From the NCBI GenBank assembly GCA_031367385.1, contig JANLPS010000496.1:1-33565 (forward strand): a stretch of 33,565 nt of DNA, written 5' to 3'. The position numbers and the translations under genes are program-made. This stretch comes from Archangium sp. (GTDB lineage Bacteria > Myxococcota > Myxococcia > Myxococcales > Myxococcaceae). The notes beneath the pieces were generated by a model that worked only from the letters and a program-made list of their open reading frames with translations, was not told where the DNA came from and did not search any database. The stretch's first letter is position 1, and each line of letters begins with the position of its first letter. Positions 9,904 to 18,512 of this stretch are shown here, piece by piece.

Positions 9904-11322
9904 TTACCCCACGTGAGACATGGCAGAGATCGGCTTGAGCCGAGCCGCCAAGAAAGAAGGAATCACCGAGATGGCGGTGATGATGCCGGTGATGAAGATG
10001 ATGCCGAAAGCGACGAAGGTGGCGGTCGGCGTGACGATCAACCGTTCGCTCATGAAGACGAACTGCCAGCTCTTCGGCAGCCCGATGTTCGCGCTGTTGA
10101 GCCCGAAGGTGAGGCCCAGGCCGAGCAGTGTGCCTCCGAGGGTGCCCATCAAGCCGAGCAAGAACCCCTCGGTCACGAACATCGCCAGCACCGAGCTTCG
10201 CTGCATGCCCACCGCGCGCAACGTGCCGATCTCCCGCGTGCGCTCGCGAATCGAGATCCACACCACCATCATGATGCCGACGGCGATGATCACCACCAGA
10301 ATGAAGATCACCGCGGTCGCGAAGAACGAGAGAATCTGAACGATCCACTTCACGAAGCTGGTCTCTTCTTCCCAGGTGGTGATGTCGAGCTTCTGCCCGG
10401 TCCACGACTCGTGGTTGACAGCGTCGAACTTTTGAAAGAACGCACGCGGGTCGGGGTCGAGCAGGTTGTAGCCCTCGGCCGAGAGCACCTTGCGAAGCCG
10501 CTCACGCACCGCAGGCACCTGCTTGATGTCTTTCAAATACACCTGCAGCGCGCCGGTCGTGTCTTCGTTGAGCTGGTACAGGTGCCGCAGCTGCTCGATG
10601 TTGACGTAGGTGTTCCAGCTGCTGAGCATGCCGATGCTTTTGGCGACCGCGACGACCGTCACATCGATGGTGTTGTTGGTGCCGCGGGGGGTTTGGGCAG
10701 CGATGGTGATGCGATCGCCCACCTTGACGCCCAACTTCTCGGCTTGTTCTTCGAAGAGCAGAATCGCGTCGAGCTTCTGCAGGTCGTCGATGTTGCCCTC
10801 TTTGATCACGATCACCCGCTTCATGCCCGCTTCTTGGGTGATGTCGATGCCGCCGACTCCGGCTTGCACCGACGCGGTGTCGCTGACCAGCTTGGCCCAA
10901 CCACGGCCGCGGTGAACGATGTAGTCAATTTCAGGAAACTCGCGGCGAATGATGGCGTCGACCTTCTTGTAGTTCGTGACCACTGGAGCCGATTGGCCCG
11001 AGGTGACTTTGTAGAACCCGCCGACGTTGATGTGACCGCTCATCAGCGTCGTCGCCGAGGTGAGCAAGGTGTCGTTGATGCCCACCGAGACGCCGGTGAC
11101 CAACAGCAACCCCGCGGTGACCAGACCGATCGCGCCACCGAGCAAGCCCGAGCGCAGGCGGTGCTGCAGCAGGCTCCGAAACGCGATCAGCGCGATGCTG
11201 GGGTTTCGAGCCACCTGGTAAATCGAGCCGAAGACCCTGACGGTCGCGACCAAGAAGGTGATGACCAGCGCGAGCAGGAGCACCGCCGCGACCAGGCCCA
11301 TCAAGAGCAGAACGATTTTCAT
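9904..11322 (-). CDS. ABC transporter permease (FtsX/LolC/E, MacB-type)
   Basis: N-terminal TM, periplasmic domain, 'ERTREIGTLRAVG' motif, 3 C-terminal TMs, 'AARLKPISAM'. Confidence 0.92.
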   Translation of the reverse strand: MKIVLLLMGLVAAVLLLALVITFLVATVRVFGSIYQVARNPSIALIAFRSLLQHRLRSGLLGGAIGLVTAGLLLVTGVSVGINDTLLTSATTLMSGHINVGGFYKVTSGQSAPVVTNYKKVDAIIRREFPEIDYIVHRGRGWAKLVSDTASVQAGVGGIDITQEAGMKRVIVIKEGNIDDLQKLDAILLFEEQAEKLGVKVGDRITIAAQTPRGTNNTIDVTVVAVAKSIGMLSSWNTYVNIEQLRHLYQLNEDTTGALQVYLKDIKQVPAVRERLRKVLSAEGYNLLDPDPRAFFQKFDAVNHESWTGQKLDITTWEEETSFVKWIVQILSFFATAVIFILVVIIAVGIMMVVWISIRERTREIGTLRAVGMQRSSVLAMFVTEGFLLGLMGTLGGTLLGLGLTFGLNSANIGLPKSWQFVFMSERLIVTPTATFVAFGIIFITGIITAISVIPSFLAARLKPISAMSHVG

Positions 11323-11326
11323 GAGT

Positions 11327-13456
11327 TCACTCGTCAGCCTGCATCGCCCGAAGCGGCGAGATGCGCGAAGCCATCACAGCGGGGAGCAGCGTCGAAATCA
11401 GGGTCACCGTCTGAACGATCGCGAACGCGATGACCAGGTTCGAGACCGAATAGTGGGGGTGCAGCCGCGGGCCTGAGAAGAAGAAGTACGCCACGTCGTT
11501 CGGAGCCGCGATGCCGAACACCGAGAGCCAGGTCATGAAGAGCACCGAGAGCAGAATGCCGGCGCCTCCGAAGACCAGGCCGAGCATCACCGACTCGAGC
11601 AGCACCATCGCCTGCACGAAGCCGCGCTGGGCCCCGATCGCGCGCATGGTGCCGATCATCTGGGTGCGTTGAATGGTGGCCATCACCATCGCGCCGAAGA
11701 TGATGATGATCGCGATCACCACGATGAAGCCGACGCCGATCAGCAGCAGTACCCCGAAGACGCCAATCATCTTGCCCAAGAAGCCCGAGGCGGCGGCCCA
11801 GCCTATGGCCTTGATGCCCAGGTTCTTTTCGCTCGAGAGCGCGTTGATGCGGTCGATGGTCTCGTTGGTGCGGTCGGGGTCTTTGAGCATCACCGCCGCG
11901 TTGAGCACCACGCCGTCGTCTATCTCGCTCTTGCTGTAGACCCGATTGAGCAGATCTTCTTTGCGCAGCTTCTTCGTCTCGCCGCTGAACTGGGCGTCGG
12001 TGTCGATCGCGCCGGCGACAGCCTCCGTGACAACCGGTGCGTCACCTCCAAAGAGGTCGGCTTCGGCGTTCTCGCGGGTGACCACCTTGGCGCCGGTGTC
12101 TCGCTGAATCTGTTTGAGCTCTGCCAACCGGTCGGCGGTCAGGTACCCGAAGAGATCTCGAAAGCTCATCATGTCGATGAGGTTGGTCGTGCCCGCCAGA
12201 GGCGAGTTCTCGAGGCCGGTGAACCCGAAGGTGCCGTACACCTTGACGTTCACCGCGTGCACGTAGCCCGACTTGCTGAACGCGCGAATGGTCATCGTGT
12301 CGCCGATGCGCACCCGGTACAGCTCGAGCATCGGGGCGATCTCTTTGTAGAAGAAGTCGTACCGCTCGTTGAAATTCGAATCGTCGGTGTCGAAGAACGT
12401 GCCGAGCAGCACCGAGACATCGCTCTCCTGGCTGCCGAGCAACTTCTGCAACTTCTCGGTCACCTTCACGGTCGCCGCTCCGTCGAGCTGCAAGACGATG
12501 TCGCGGGTCTGCGAGCGGTTCTCCTTCACGAAGCGGGTCAGCTCGTCGTCTTTGGCGATGGTGCGGCCCGCGCCGAGGTATTCTTTGATCTTGTCGAAGC
12601 GCCGCGCGTTCTTGAGCTTCATCTGATCTTCGTAGAAGAAGTTCGCCAGCAAAAACCCGCGATGCCCCTTTGGCACCGGAGTACCCTTGATGATCTGCAT
12701 TCGATCAAACGACTCTTGAAACGCGTCGAGGTCGGTGCCGACGTAGCGCAGCGGCAACATCTGCGCGTCGCTCACCTGCGGCGAGACCTTGTTCTCGAGA
12801 AACTCGAGCGATGAGAACGGGTCTTGCTCGAAGCTCGCCCAGAAGTCATCGGTCGACACCCGCTGCAGCGCGTTCACCACCTCGGGGTCGATCGACTTCT
12901 CGTCGATCAGGTCTTTGAGCGCCTTCTCGGCGTCGCCCTGCAGCACCTTGATGATCTGGCGCACGTGCGCCGCTTCGTTGGTGATTCGCGCGTTGATCTC
13001 GTCTTTCGAGAGGGCCGCGAGCGCGGGGTCGGTCGGCTCTCCAGCGCGCGCCTTGTACAGGTTGCGCAGCTTCTCCAACGTCAGGTCGACGATGTTGCCC
13101 GAGGTCACGATCGCCATCGAGGCGCCCATCGGCACCACCCGCTTCACGTTCTCGAGCTTCTCGAGCTCAGCCTTGATCTTCGGAAACTGGTCGACGTTCT
13201 TCAGGTCGGGGTCGGTGCCCATCGAGCCATAGAGCGCGAGCTCGTCTTTCGACGCGGCCGAGTAAATCTGCGCGTCGCCGGCCAACGAGCCGATCACCGA
13301 CTGTGCCATCGACGCGTTGATGCTGTTGAGCAGGCTGCCGAGCACCACGAAGGTGAAGGTGCCTCCGAGAATCAAGGCGCCGATGATCAGGTTGATCGGG
13401 CTCGCGCGCAGGTTTCGCAGCGCGATCATGATCAGCATCTGCAGCCGGTCGATCAC
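11327..13456 (-). CDS. ABC transporter permease (FtsX-like) with enlarged periplasmic domain
   Basis: 'IALRNL' N-terminus, long periplasmic region, 'QRTQMIGTMRAIG', 'ASRISPLRAM'. Confidence 0.9.
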   Translation of the reverse strand: MIDRLQMLIMIALRNLRASPINLIIGALILGGTFTFVVLGSLLNSINASMAQSVIGSLAGDAQIYSAASKDELALYGSMGTDPDLKNVDQFPKIKAELEKLENVKRVVPMGASMAIVTSGNIVDLTLEKLRNLYKARAGEPTDPALAALSKDEINARITNEAAHVRQIIKVLQGDAEKALKDLIDEKSIDPEVVNALQRVSTDDFWASFEQDPFSSLEFLENKVSPQVSDAQMLPLRYVGTDLDAFQESFDRMQIIKGTPVPKGHRGFLLANFFYEDQMKLKNARRFDKIKEYLGAGRTIAKDDELTRFVKENRSQTRDIVLQLDGAATVKVTEKLQKLLGSQESDVSVLLGTFFDTDDSNFNERYDFFYKEIAPMLELYRVRIGDTMTIRAFSKSGYVHAVNVKVYGTFGFTGLENSPLAGTTNLIDMMSFRDLFGYLTADRLAELKQIQRDTGAKVVTRENAEADLFGGDAPVVTEAVAGAIDTDAQFSGETKKLRKEDLLNRVYSKSEIDDGVVLNAAVMLKDPDRTNETIDRINALSSEKNLGIKAIGWAAASGFLGKMIGVFGVLLLIGVGFIVVIAIIIIFGAMVMATIQRTQMIGTMRAIGAQRGFVQAMVLLESVMLGLVFGGAGILLSVLFMTWLSVFGIAAPNDVAYFFFSGPRLHPHYSVSNLVIAFAIVQTVTLISTLLPAVMASRISPLRAMQADE

Positions 13457-14196
13457 GGCCGGGCCTCCAGCATCGGGTCACGGCCCAGCGAGCGCGCCAC
13501 CGCAACTTGCGGTTTCTCGCGGCCCATGATCTTGCCGTCAGCCAGCCGAATGACCGCGTTGGCGTGCTCCATCACCTTGTAGTCGTGGGTCGAGAAGATG
13601 AAGGTGATGCCCTTTTGCTGGTTGAGCGCCTTCATCAGGTCGATGATCTGCTGCCCGGTCGCCGAGTCGAGGTTGGCGGTCGGCTCGTCGGCCAGCACGA
13701 TCATCGGGTCGGTCACTAGCGCCCGTGCAACCGCGACGCGCTGCCGCTGACCACCCGACAGCTCGTTGGGCCGGTGCTTGGCGTGGCTCGCCAGGCCGAC
13801 CTGCTCGAGCAGCGCCATCACCTTGTCTTTACGCTGGGCCGCGTTGAGCCGCCGCTGCAGCAGCAATGGAAATTCGACGTTCTGAAACAGCGTCAGCACC
13901 GAGACCAGGTTGAAGCTCTGAAAGATGAAACCGATGGTGTTGAGCCGCAGCTCGGTCAGGTCTTTCTCTTTGAGCTTCGCCGTGTCGGCGCCCGAGACCT
14001 CGACCGTGCCCCGTGTGGCGGTGTCGACGCAGCCGATCAGGTTGAGCAAGGTGGTCTTGCCGCTGCCCGAGGGCCCGGCGATCGAGATGAACTCGCCTTT
14101 TTCGACTTCGAGCGAAACGCCCCGAAGCGCTTGAACGACCGTTTGGCCCAGCTCGTACTCTTTGACGACGTCGCGAATCGAAACGATGGATGCCAT
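13453..14196 (-). CDS. ABC transporter ATP-binding protein (LolD/MacB family)
   Basis: Walker A GPSGSGKT, 'GFIFQSFNL', LSGGQ, 'LADEPTANLD', STHD; start MASIVSIRD at 14196 preferred over the 14517 extension. Confidence 0.95.
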   Translation of the reverse strand: MASIVSIRDVVKEYELGQTVVQALRGVSLEVEKGEFISIAGPSGSGKTTLLNLIGCVDTATRGTVEVSGADTAKLKEKDLTELRLNTIGFIFQSFNLVSVLTLFQNVEFPLLLQRRLNAAQRKDKVMALLEQVGLASHAKHRPNELSGGQRQRVAVARALVTDPMIVLADEPTANLDSATGQQIIDLMKALNQQKGITFIFSTHDYKVMEHANAVIRLADGKIMGREKPQVAVARSLGRDPMLEARP

Positions 14197-14268
14197 GGCG
14201 GGGCGAGAGGTAGCGCATCGAATCGCCGGTGGCATGAAGAAACGTGAACCGGTACTCTGTGCGCTCCA

Positions 14269-14535
14269 ATGGCTGACTCCACGACCGACGTCGCTCCGCC
14301 GCCTCCGCTGCCAACCCCGACGTACCCAGCCATCGAGACGCTGATCGAATACGTCACCGCCGATGAGCTCGCGGCGCTCTTCGCGCCGGTCACGACCGCC
14401 CTCGCCGAGCTCAAAGGCCCGCGTGTCGAGCAGGGCCGACGCGCTGCCAAGGCGATCGAGCACACACAGGGGCTGTTGTCGCACCTGTTGCAAGTGCGCG
14501 AAAAGCTTGAGGCGCAACGCAAGGGCGGCCGCTGA
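14269..14535 (+). CDS. small helical protein, candidate YscE/CdsE-like needle co-chaperone
   Basis: 88 aa; divergent from the ABC operon; lies directly before the SctF-like and TPR genes; function inferred from position and size only. Confidence 0.6.
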   Translation: MADSTTDVAPPPPLPTPTYPAIETLIEYVTADELAALFAPVTTALAELKGPRVEQGRRAAKAIEHTQGLLSHLLQVREKLEAQRKGGR

Positions 14536-14577
14536 TCAACGGGTTGCGAATCATTCTCTCAGAGCCCGAGAATCAAC

Positions 14578-14606
14578 ACGCAACCATCGCGCGGCTCGTT
14601 CGATAA
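14578..14606 (+). promoter_or_regulatory. putative sigma-28-like promoter ACGCAAC-N16-CGATAA
   Basis: Identical boxes and spacing recur at 31534-31562; CGATAA matches the sigma-28 -10 core GCCGATAA. Confidence 0.7.
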
Positions 14607-14648
14607 CCCATCACACCTTACGCAGCTCAAGCAGTTTGGAGGCTCACA

Positions 14649-15209
14649 ATGGCTGGCCCAGTTCACATCGAAGGCGTTTCACCCGCGCGGCTCTCGCTCA
14701 ATGTCACGGTCGGTAACCAGACCCAGAACAAGTCATTCGGCGAGAAGGTCAACATGGGCCTGCAGCAGGGCGCGGCGGCCATCGCCAGCGGCGCAGGCAT
14801 TCTCGGGTCGGCCGGCATCCCCGGTGGGGCGATTGTCTCGGCGGCGGTCTCGTCGGTCAGCTCGCACCTCGGCGGAGCGGGCGGCACCAGCAGCGCAGGC
14901 TACGCGGCGACCGGCGTCGTCAACTTGGGCAACGGCGGCGGTGGAGCGCTCAACACCACCGCAGGCGCGTCGAGCGTCGGCTCGGTCGTCAACGGCACCA
15001 CGGCCGGGAGCGTCAACTACAACTCCGGCTCGACCACCAATGACGTCGGCTTCGGCAACAGCTCGATCTCGAGCATGAGCGGAGACATGACGAGCATGCT
15101 GCAGCTGCAGTTCAAAATGCAGAAAGAGAACTTGATGTACACGGGCATCTCGAACGTGCTCAAGACCAAGCACGAAACCGTGAAGAACTCGGTCTCGAAC
15201 ATTCGTTAA
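14649..15209 (+). CDS. Gly/Ser-rich T3SS substrate with SctF(needle)-like C-terminal helix
   Basis: GGAGG RBS; Cys-free, Gly/Ser-rich; last 37 aa MLQLQFKMQKENLMYTGISNVLKTKHETVKNSVSNIR align ungapped with the recalled PrgI/MxiH C-terminus. Confidence 0.7.
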   Translation: MAGPVHIEGVSPARLSLNVTVGNQTQNKSFGEKVNMGLQQGAAAIASGAGILGSAGIPGGAIVSAAVSSVSSHLGGAGGTSSAGYAATGVVNLGNGGGGALNTTAGASSVGSVVNGTTAGSVNYNSGSTTNDVGFGNSSISSMSGDMTSMLQLQFKMQKENLMYTGISNVLKTKHETVKNSVSNIR

Positions 15210-15250
15210 TCAGCGGTCGCATCACGCTGAACATTCGACGGTGTACCGCG

Positions 15251-15275
15251 AGGGCGACCCACATGAGGTCGCCCT
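15251..15275 (+). terminator. stem-loop downstream of the SctF-like gene (terminator or mRNA stabiliser)
   Basis: AGGGCGACC / GGTCGCCCT 9-bp perfect stem, 7-nt loop, weak U tract. Confidence 0.6.
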
Positions 15276-15344
15276 TCGTGCTTTGAAGCTTCGTGCTACA
15301 ACGGGTCGCCCGAAGTCGCGTTACCGGAGAGGATCGTTCAAAGC

Positions 15345-15980
15345 ATGTCGGACATCGCGGGGAGCCTGGTACCCCTGAGCAAACAGCAGGCAATGTTGAT
15401 GGTCGAGTCGGCCTATCTGTTGATGGAGCTCGGCAAGTTAGACCAGGCCCGCGAGACCGCGTTGGGCTGCGCTTTGCTGATGCCCAAGAGCGAAGTGCCG
15501 CAGCTCGCGCTCGGCAGTGTCGAGTTCGGTGCTCAGAAATACGACAAGGCGCTTCAGGCGTACCGCGCCGCTCAGCGCTTGGCTCCGAAAGCCGCGCTCC
15601 CTCGAGCGCACTGTGGAGAAGCCCTGCAGGCCATGGGCAAGTTCACCGAGGCGATGAAAGAGCTCGTCGCCGCCACCGAGGCCGAGCCCGGTTCAGGTGG
15701 AGCGGCCTTCGCCATCGCCCTGATGATCATCATCGCGAACAAAGAATATGACGCCAACAAGCTCGAGGCGTCGCTCAAGACCTTGGCCACGGTCGTGAAA
15801 ATCGACCCTGACAACGCCTTGGGCCAGGCGCACTATGGCAAGGTGTTGGTGCTGCTCGAGAAGCATGAAGAAGGCGCAGCGGCCTTGAACCGAGCGGTGG
15901 CGCTCGATACCGATGGCGATGGCGGGCGAATCGCGGCGTTTTTTCTCGAGGCGATCAAGGTCGCCAGCAAAAAGAAGTGA
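15345..15980 (+). CDS. TPR chaperone (YscG/CdsG-like by position)
   Basis: Multiple TPR helices ('AYLLMELGKLDQA', 'ALGSVEFGAQKYDKA', 'GEALQAMGKFTEA'); no signal peptide; follows the SctF-like gene. Confidence 0.8.
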   Translation: MSDIAGSLVPLSKQQAMLMVESAYLLMELGKLDQARETALGCALLMPKSEVPQLALGSVEFGAQKYDKALQAYRAAQRLAPKAALPRAHCGEALQAMGKFTEAMKELVAATEAEPGSGGAAFAIALMIIIANKEYDANKLEASLKTLATVVKIDPDNALGQAHYGKVLVLLEKHEEGAAALNRAVALDTDGDGGRIAAFFLEAIKVASKKK

Positions 15981-16000
15981 CGTAAAGAAAGGCACGCAGC

Positions 16001-16429
16001 ATGTCCGTTCGTGGAGTTCGCGGTGGAAAAGCAGGGGGCGCGGGCGGTGCGCGCGGGGCCTCCGGCGCGGCAGGCGCGGGCAAGGCCTCGAAGGCAGGAG
16101 CGACGGGCGGGGCAGGCTTCGGCGGCAAGGTCGACAAGGCCGAACGGCTGGTTGGCCCCTCAGGCTCTGTCGCCTCGGGCAACGCCACGGCCATTGCGGC
16201 CTCTGACCCGGTCGTAGGCCAAGTGCTTGAATTAGCTAGGCAACTCAAGACGGGGCAGCTCAAGAGCCGTGAAGAGGCGACCAAGAAATTGGTGGCCGAT
16301 ATTCTTCGCGAAAAGGTGCGCAGCCAGTCGAAACACCTCTCAGACAAGGTGTTTCAGCAGCTCCGCGACGACCCCCAACTCAGCCAGACGCTCGACCGAC
16401 TCTGGAAGCGCGCCGAGAACGAGGAGTAA
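16001..16429 (+). CDS. hypothetical protein, Gly/Ala-rich N-terminus and helical C-terminus
   Basis: Co-oriented ORF filling the gap between the TPR and sigma genes; no recognised domain. Confidence 0.75.
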   Translation: MSVRGVRGGKAGGAGGARGASGAAGAGKASKAGATGGAGFGGKVDKAERLVGPSGSVASGNATAIAASDPVVGQVLELARQLKTGQLKSREEATKKLVADILREKVRSQSKHLSDKVFQQLRDDPQLSQTLDRLWKRAENEE

Positions 16430-16438
16430 GGTCCCCAC

Positions 16439-17221
16439 GTGCCGCTCTCGGAAAGCAAAACCCAAATCCTCGAGAAGTACGGCTCGTACGTGCGGTCGCT
16501 CGCGGCCCAGGTGCGCAAGCAGTTCAACTCCCAGTACGAGATGGACGAGCTCGTCGCATGGGGGCAAATCGGCCTGCTCGAGGCAGCCGAGCGCTTCGAC
16601 GCCAAGGTGGGTGCGAATTTTCTCACCTTTGCCCACTACCGCATCAAGGGTGCGATTTATGACGGGCTGCGCAAGATGGGCGTGCTCAAGGGCAACGCCG
16701 CCGCGGCCGAGCGCAGCAACACGTACTTAGGTAACCTGGCAGCGACCAGCTCGCCGGGTGGGCGCCTTGAAGACGACGTGAACAGCATTTCATCTGCCGT
16801 GACCGGCTTGGCGATGGTCTTCGCCACGAGTTTTGAGGGCACTGAAGGCCTTCAGGTCAGCGATGACGCAATACCAGCCGATGAGCGTCTGCAAATGGAG
16901 CAGCTCAAACGGCGGGTCAGGGCGGCCATTGAGCATCTGCCCGAAAAAGAGCGAAAGCTTCTGCAGGGTTACTACTTTCAGAACAAGACCCTCGAGGAGG
17001 CCGGTGCCGAAATCGGTCAATCGAAGAGCTGGGCCAGCCGACTTCACGCCAGGGCCGTTGAGACCCTGAAGAAACTTCTCGAAGAGCAAGACGATAACTT
17101 CGAAGAGTCAAACCCGAGGAGCGACCATGGCCGGACCACTGGCAGGAATCCCAGCGCAGGAGATCGCCAAGCAGAAGCTGCCCGAGGCCGCCCAACAGAA
17201 GGGCGCCCAAAGCAAGTTTGA
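16439..17221 (+). CDS. fliA: FliA/WhiG-family (sigma-28-like) RNA polymerase sigma factor
   Basis: Region 2 'DELVAWGQIGLLEAAERFD...FLTFAHYRIKGAIYDGLR'; region 4 'LPEKERKLL..YYFQNKTLEEAGAEIGQSKSWASRLHARA'; 3' end overlaps sctI by 95 nt. Confidence 0.9.
   Translation: MPLSESKTQILEKYGSYVRSLAAQVRKQFNSQYEMDELVAWGQIGLLEAAERFDAKVGANFLTFAHYRIKGAIYDGLRKMGVLKGNAAAAERSNTYLGNLAATSSPGGRLEDDVNSISSAVTGLAMVFATSFEGTEGLQVSDDAIPADERLQMEQLKRRVRAAIEHLPEKERKLLQGYYFQNKTLEEAGAEIGQSKSWASRLHARAVETLKKLLEEQDDNFEESNPRSDHGRTTGRNPSAGDRQAEAARGRPTEGRPKQV
17069..17097 (+). promoter_or_regulatory. third, degenerate copy of the promoter motif (AAGAAAC-N16-CGATAA) inside fliA, upstream of sctI
   Basis: Same spacing as the other two copies, 5/7 match in the upstream box, 29 nt before the sctI ATG. 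Confidence 0.45.
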
Positions 17222-17657
17222 TCAGAACCTGAAGTCGCACGACACGGCGGCCGCCAAGGCGACGTCGCAGGTTCAGAGTGCTCAGCAGACCCACGCCGCG
17301 CAGCACGTGTCGGCGGTCGAAAAGGTCAAACAAGCCGAGCAATCAAGCAAGGTTCAGAAGGCCGAGCTGTCGAAGCTCGACCCGAACAAGACGGCGATTC
17401 GAGACCCGGTCACCCAGAAGTCTGAGGTGCAAAAGGGCGGCTCGATGATCGGCGAAATGGTCTCCAGCATGGAGAAGAACCAGCAGAGCATCGACAAGCT
17501 GATCAACGGTGGCTTGTCGGGCAAAGAGTTCACCAATCAAGAAATGCTGTCGCTCCAGGCAGGCATGTACAAGTACTCGCAAGAGCTCGATTTGACGTCG
17601 AAGGTCGTCGAGAAGGCGACCAGCGGGCTCAAAGACACGCTCAAAACGCAGGTCTGA
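17127..17657 (+). CDS. sctI: T3SS inner rod protein (SctI/HrpB2-like)
   Basis: AGGAG RBS; C-terminus 'EMLSLQAGMYKYSQELDLTSKVVEKATSGLKDTLKTQ' fits the SctI pattern; immediately upstream of sctJ. Confidence 0.8.
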   Translation: MAGPLAGIPAQEIAKQKLPEAAQQKGAQSKFDQNLKSHDTAAAKATSQVQSAQQTHAAQHVSAVEKVKQAEQSSKVQKAELSKLDPNKTAIRDPVTQKSEVQKGGSMIGEMVSSMEKNQQSIDKLINGGLSGKEFTNQEMLSLQAGMYKYSQELDLTSKVVEKATSGLKDTLKTQV

Positions 17658-17673
17658 GGTATCGTTCGGGTCG

Positions 17674-18489
17674 ATGCGCACTCCGAGAGTTTTGTGGCTT
17701 GTCGCCGCGCTGGTTTTTTCAGCGTGCGCGGTGCCACTGCAGCACGACCTGAATGAAGAAGACGCGAACGAAATCTACGTGCTCTTGCAGCACTGGGGCA
17801 TCGACGCGAACAAGGTCAAAGAGGGCGAAGGCAAAGAAGCGAAGTACGTGATCACCGTGCCCAAGGCCAACATCGCCTCGGCGGCGCAGCTGCTCAAAGA
17901 CAACTCGCTGCCCCGGCCGATGGCTGGGGGCCTGGCGATCTTCAAGCAGACGAAGGGCATGATCCCCACGCAGACCGAGGAGCGCGCGATGTTCATCGAG
18001 GCGCTCGGCGGCGAGGCGTCGAATGCGCTCAACCGAATACCCGGCGTGCTCGAGGCGCGGGTGATCGTGATGATCCCCGAGGTGACTGACTTGACGCAGC
18101 CTGAGAAGAAGCCGAAACCGTCGGCCTCGGTGCTGATCAAGTACATCGCGGGTGAGGGCAAGCCACCGGTCTCGGCGCTCGACGTGAGCGAGTTCGTGGC
18201 GCGCTCGGTGCCTGAGCTTGAGAAAGAGAACGTGAAGGTGCTGATGATCGAGGCCAAGTCGGCCACGCGCAGCGACGACGAGATGGCGCAGCTGATGACC
18301 GAGCACCTCGGCGTTCGGCTCGAGAAGAACAGCGTGCAGATGTTTCGGGCGCTGATCGCGCTGCCGACCTTGTTGTTCTTGGGCGTGACCGGCGCGCTGG
18401 CGTTCTTCATGATTCGAAAGCCAGCGAAAAACGGCAACGGCGGTGGTGGCAACGGCGGTCGTCGCACCAAAACCTCGCCTGACGCCTGA
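17674..18489 (+). CDS. sctJ: T3SS inner-membrane ring lipoprotein
   Basis: Lipobox FSA-C; 'L.E.DANEI..LL...GI.A.K', 'LP', 'GMIPTQTEERA', 'L..IPGVLEARV', 'PSASVLIKY'; C-terminal TM plus basic tail; short non-FliF form. Confidence 0.95.
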   Translation: MRTPRVLWLVAALVFSACAVPLQHDLNEEDANEIYVLLQHWGIDANKVKEGEGKEAKYVITVPKANIASAAQLLKDNSLPRPMAGGLAIFKQTKGMIPTQTEERAMFIEALGGEASNALNRIPGVLEARVIVMIPEVTDLTQPEKKPKPSASVLIKYIAGEGKPPVSALDVSEFVARSVPELEKENVKVLMIEAKSATRSDDEMAQLMTEHLGVRLEKNSVQMFRALIALPTLLFLGVTGALAFFMIRKPAKNGNGGGGNGGRRTKTSPDA

Positions 18490-18512
18490 CGGTTTCGCAC
18501 CGCAAGGGCCGC

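Noticed and set aside
14197..14517. N-terminal extension of the ABC ATPase ORF to 14517
   Set aside because: Overlaps the opposite-strand 14269 gene; the ABC domain starts right after Met at 14196
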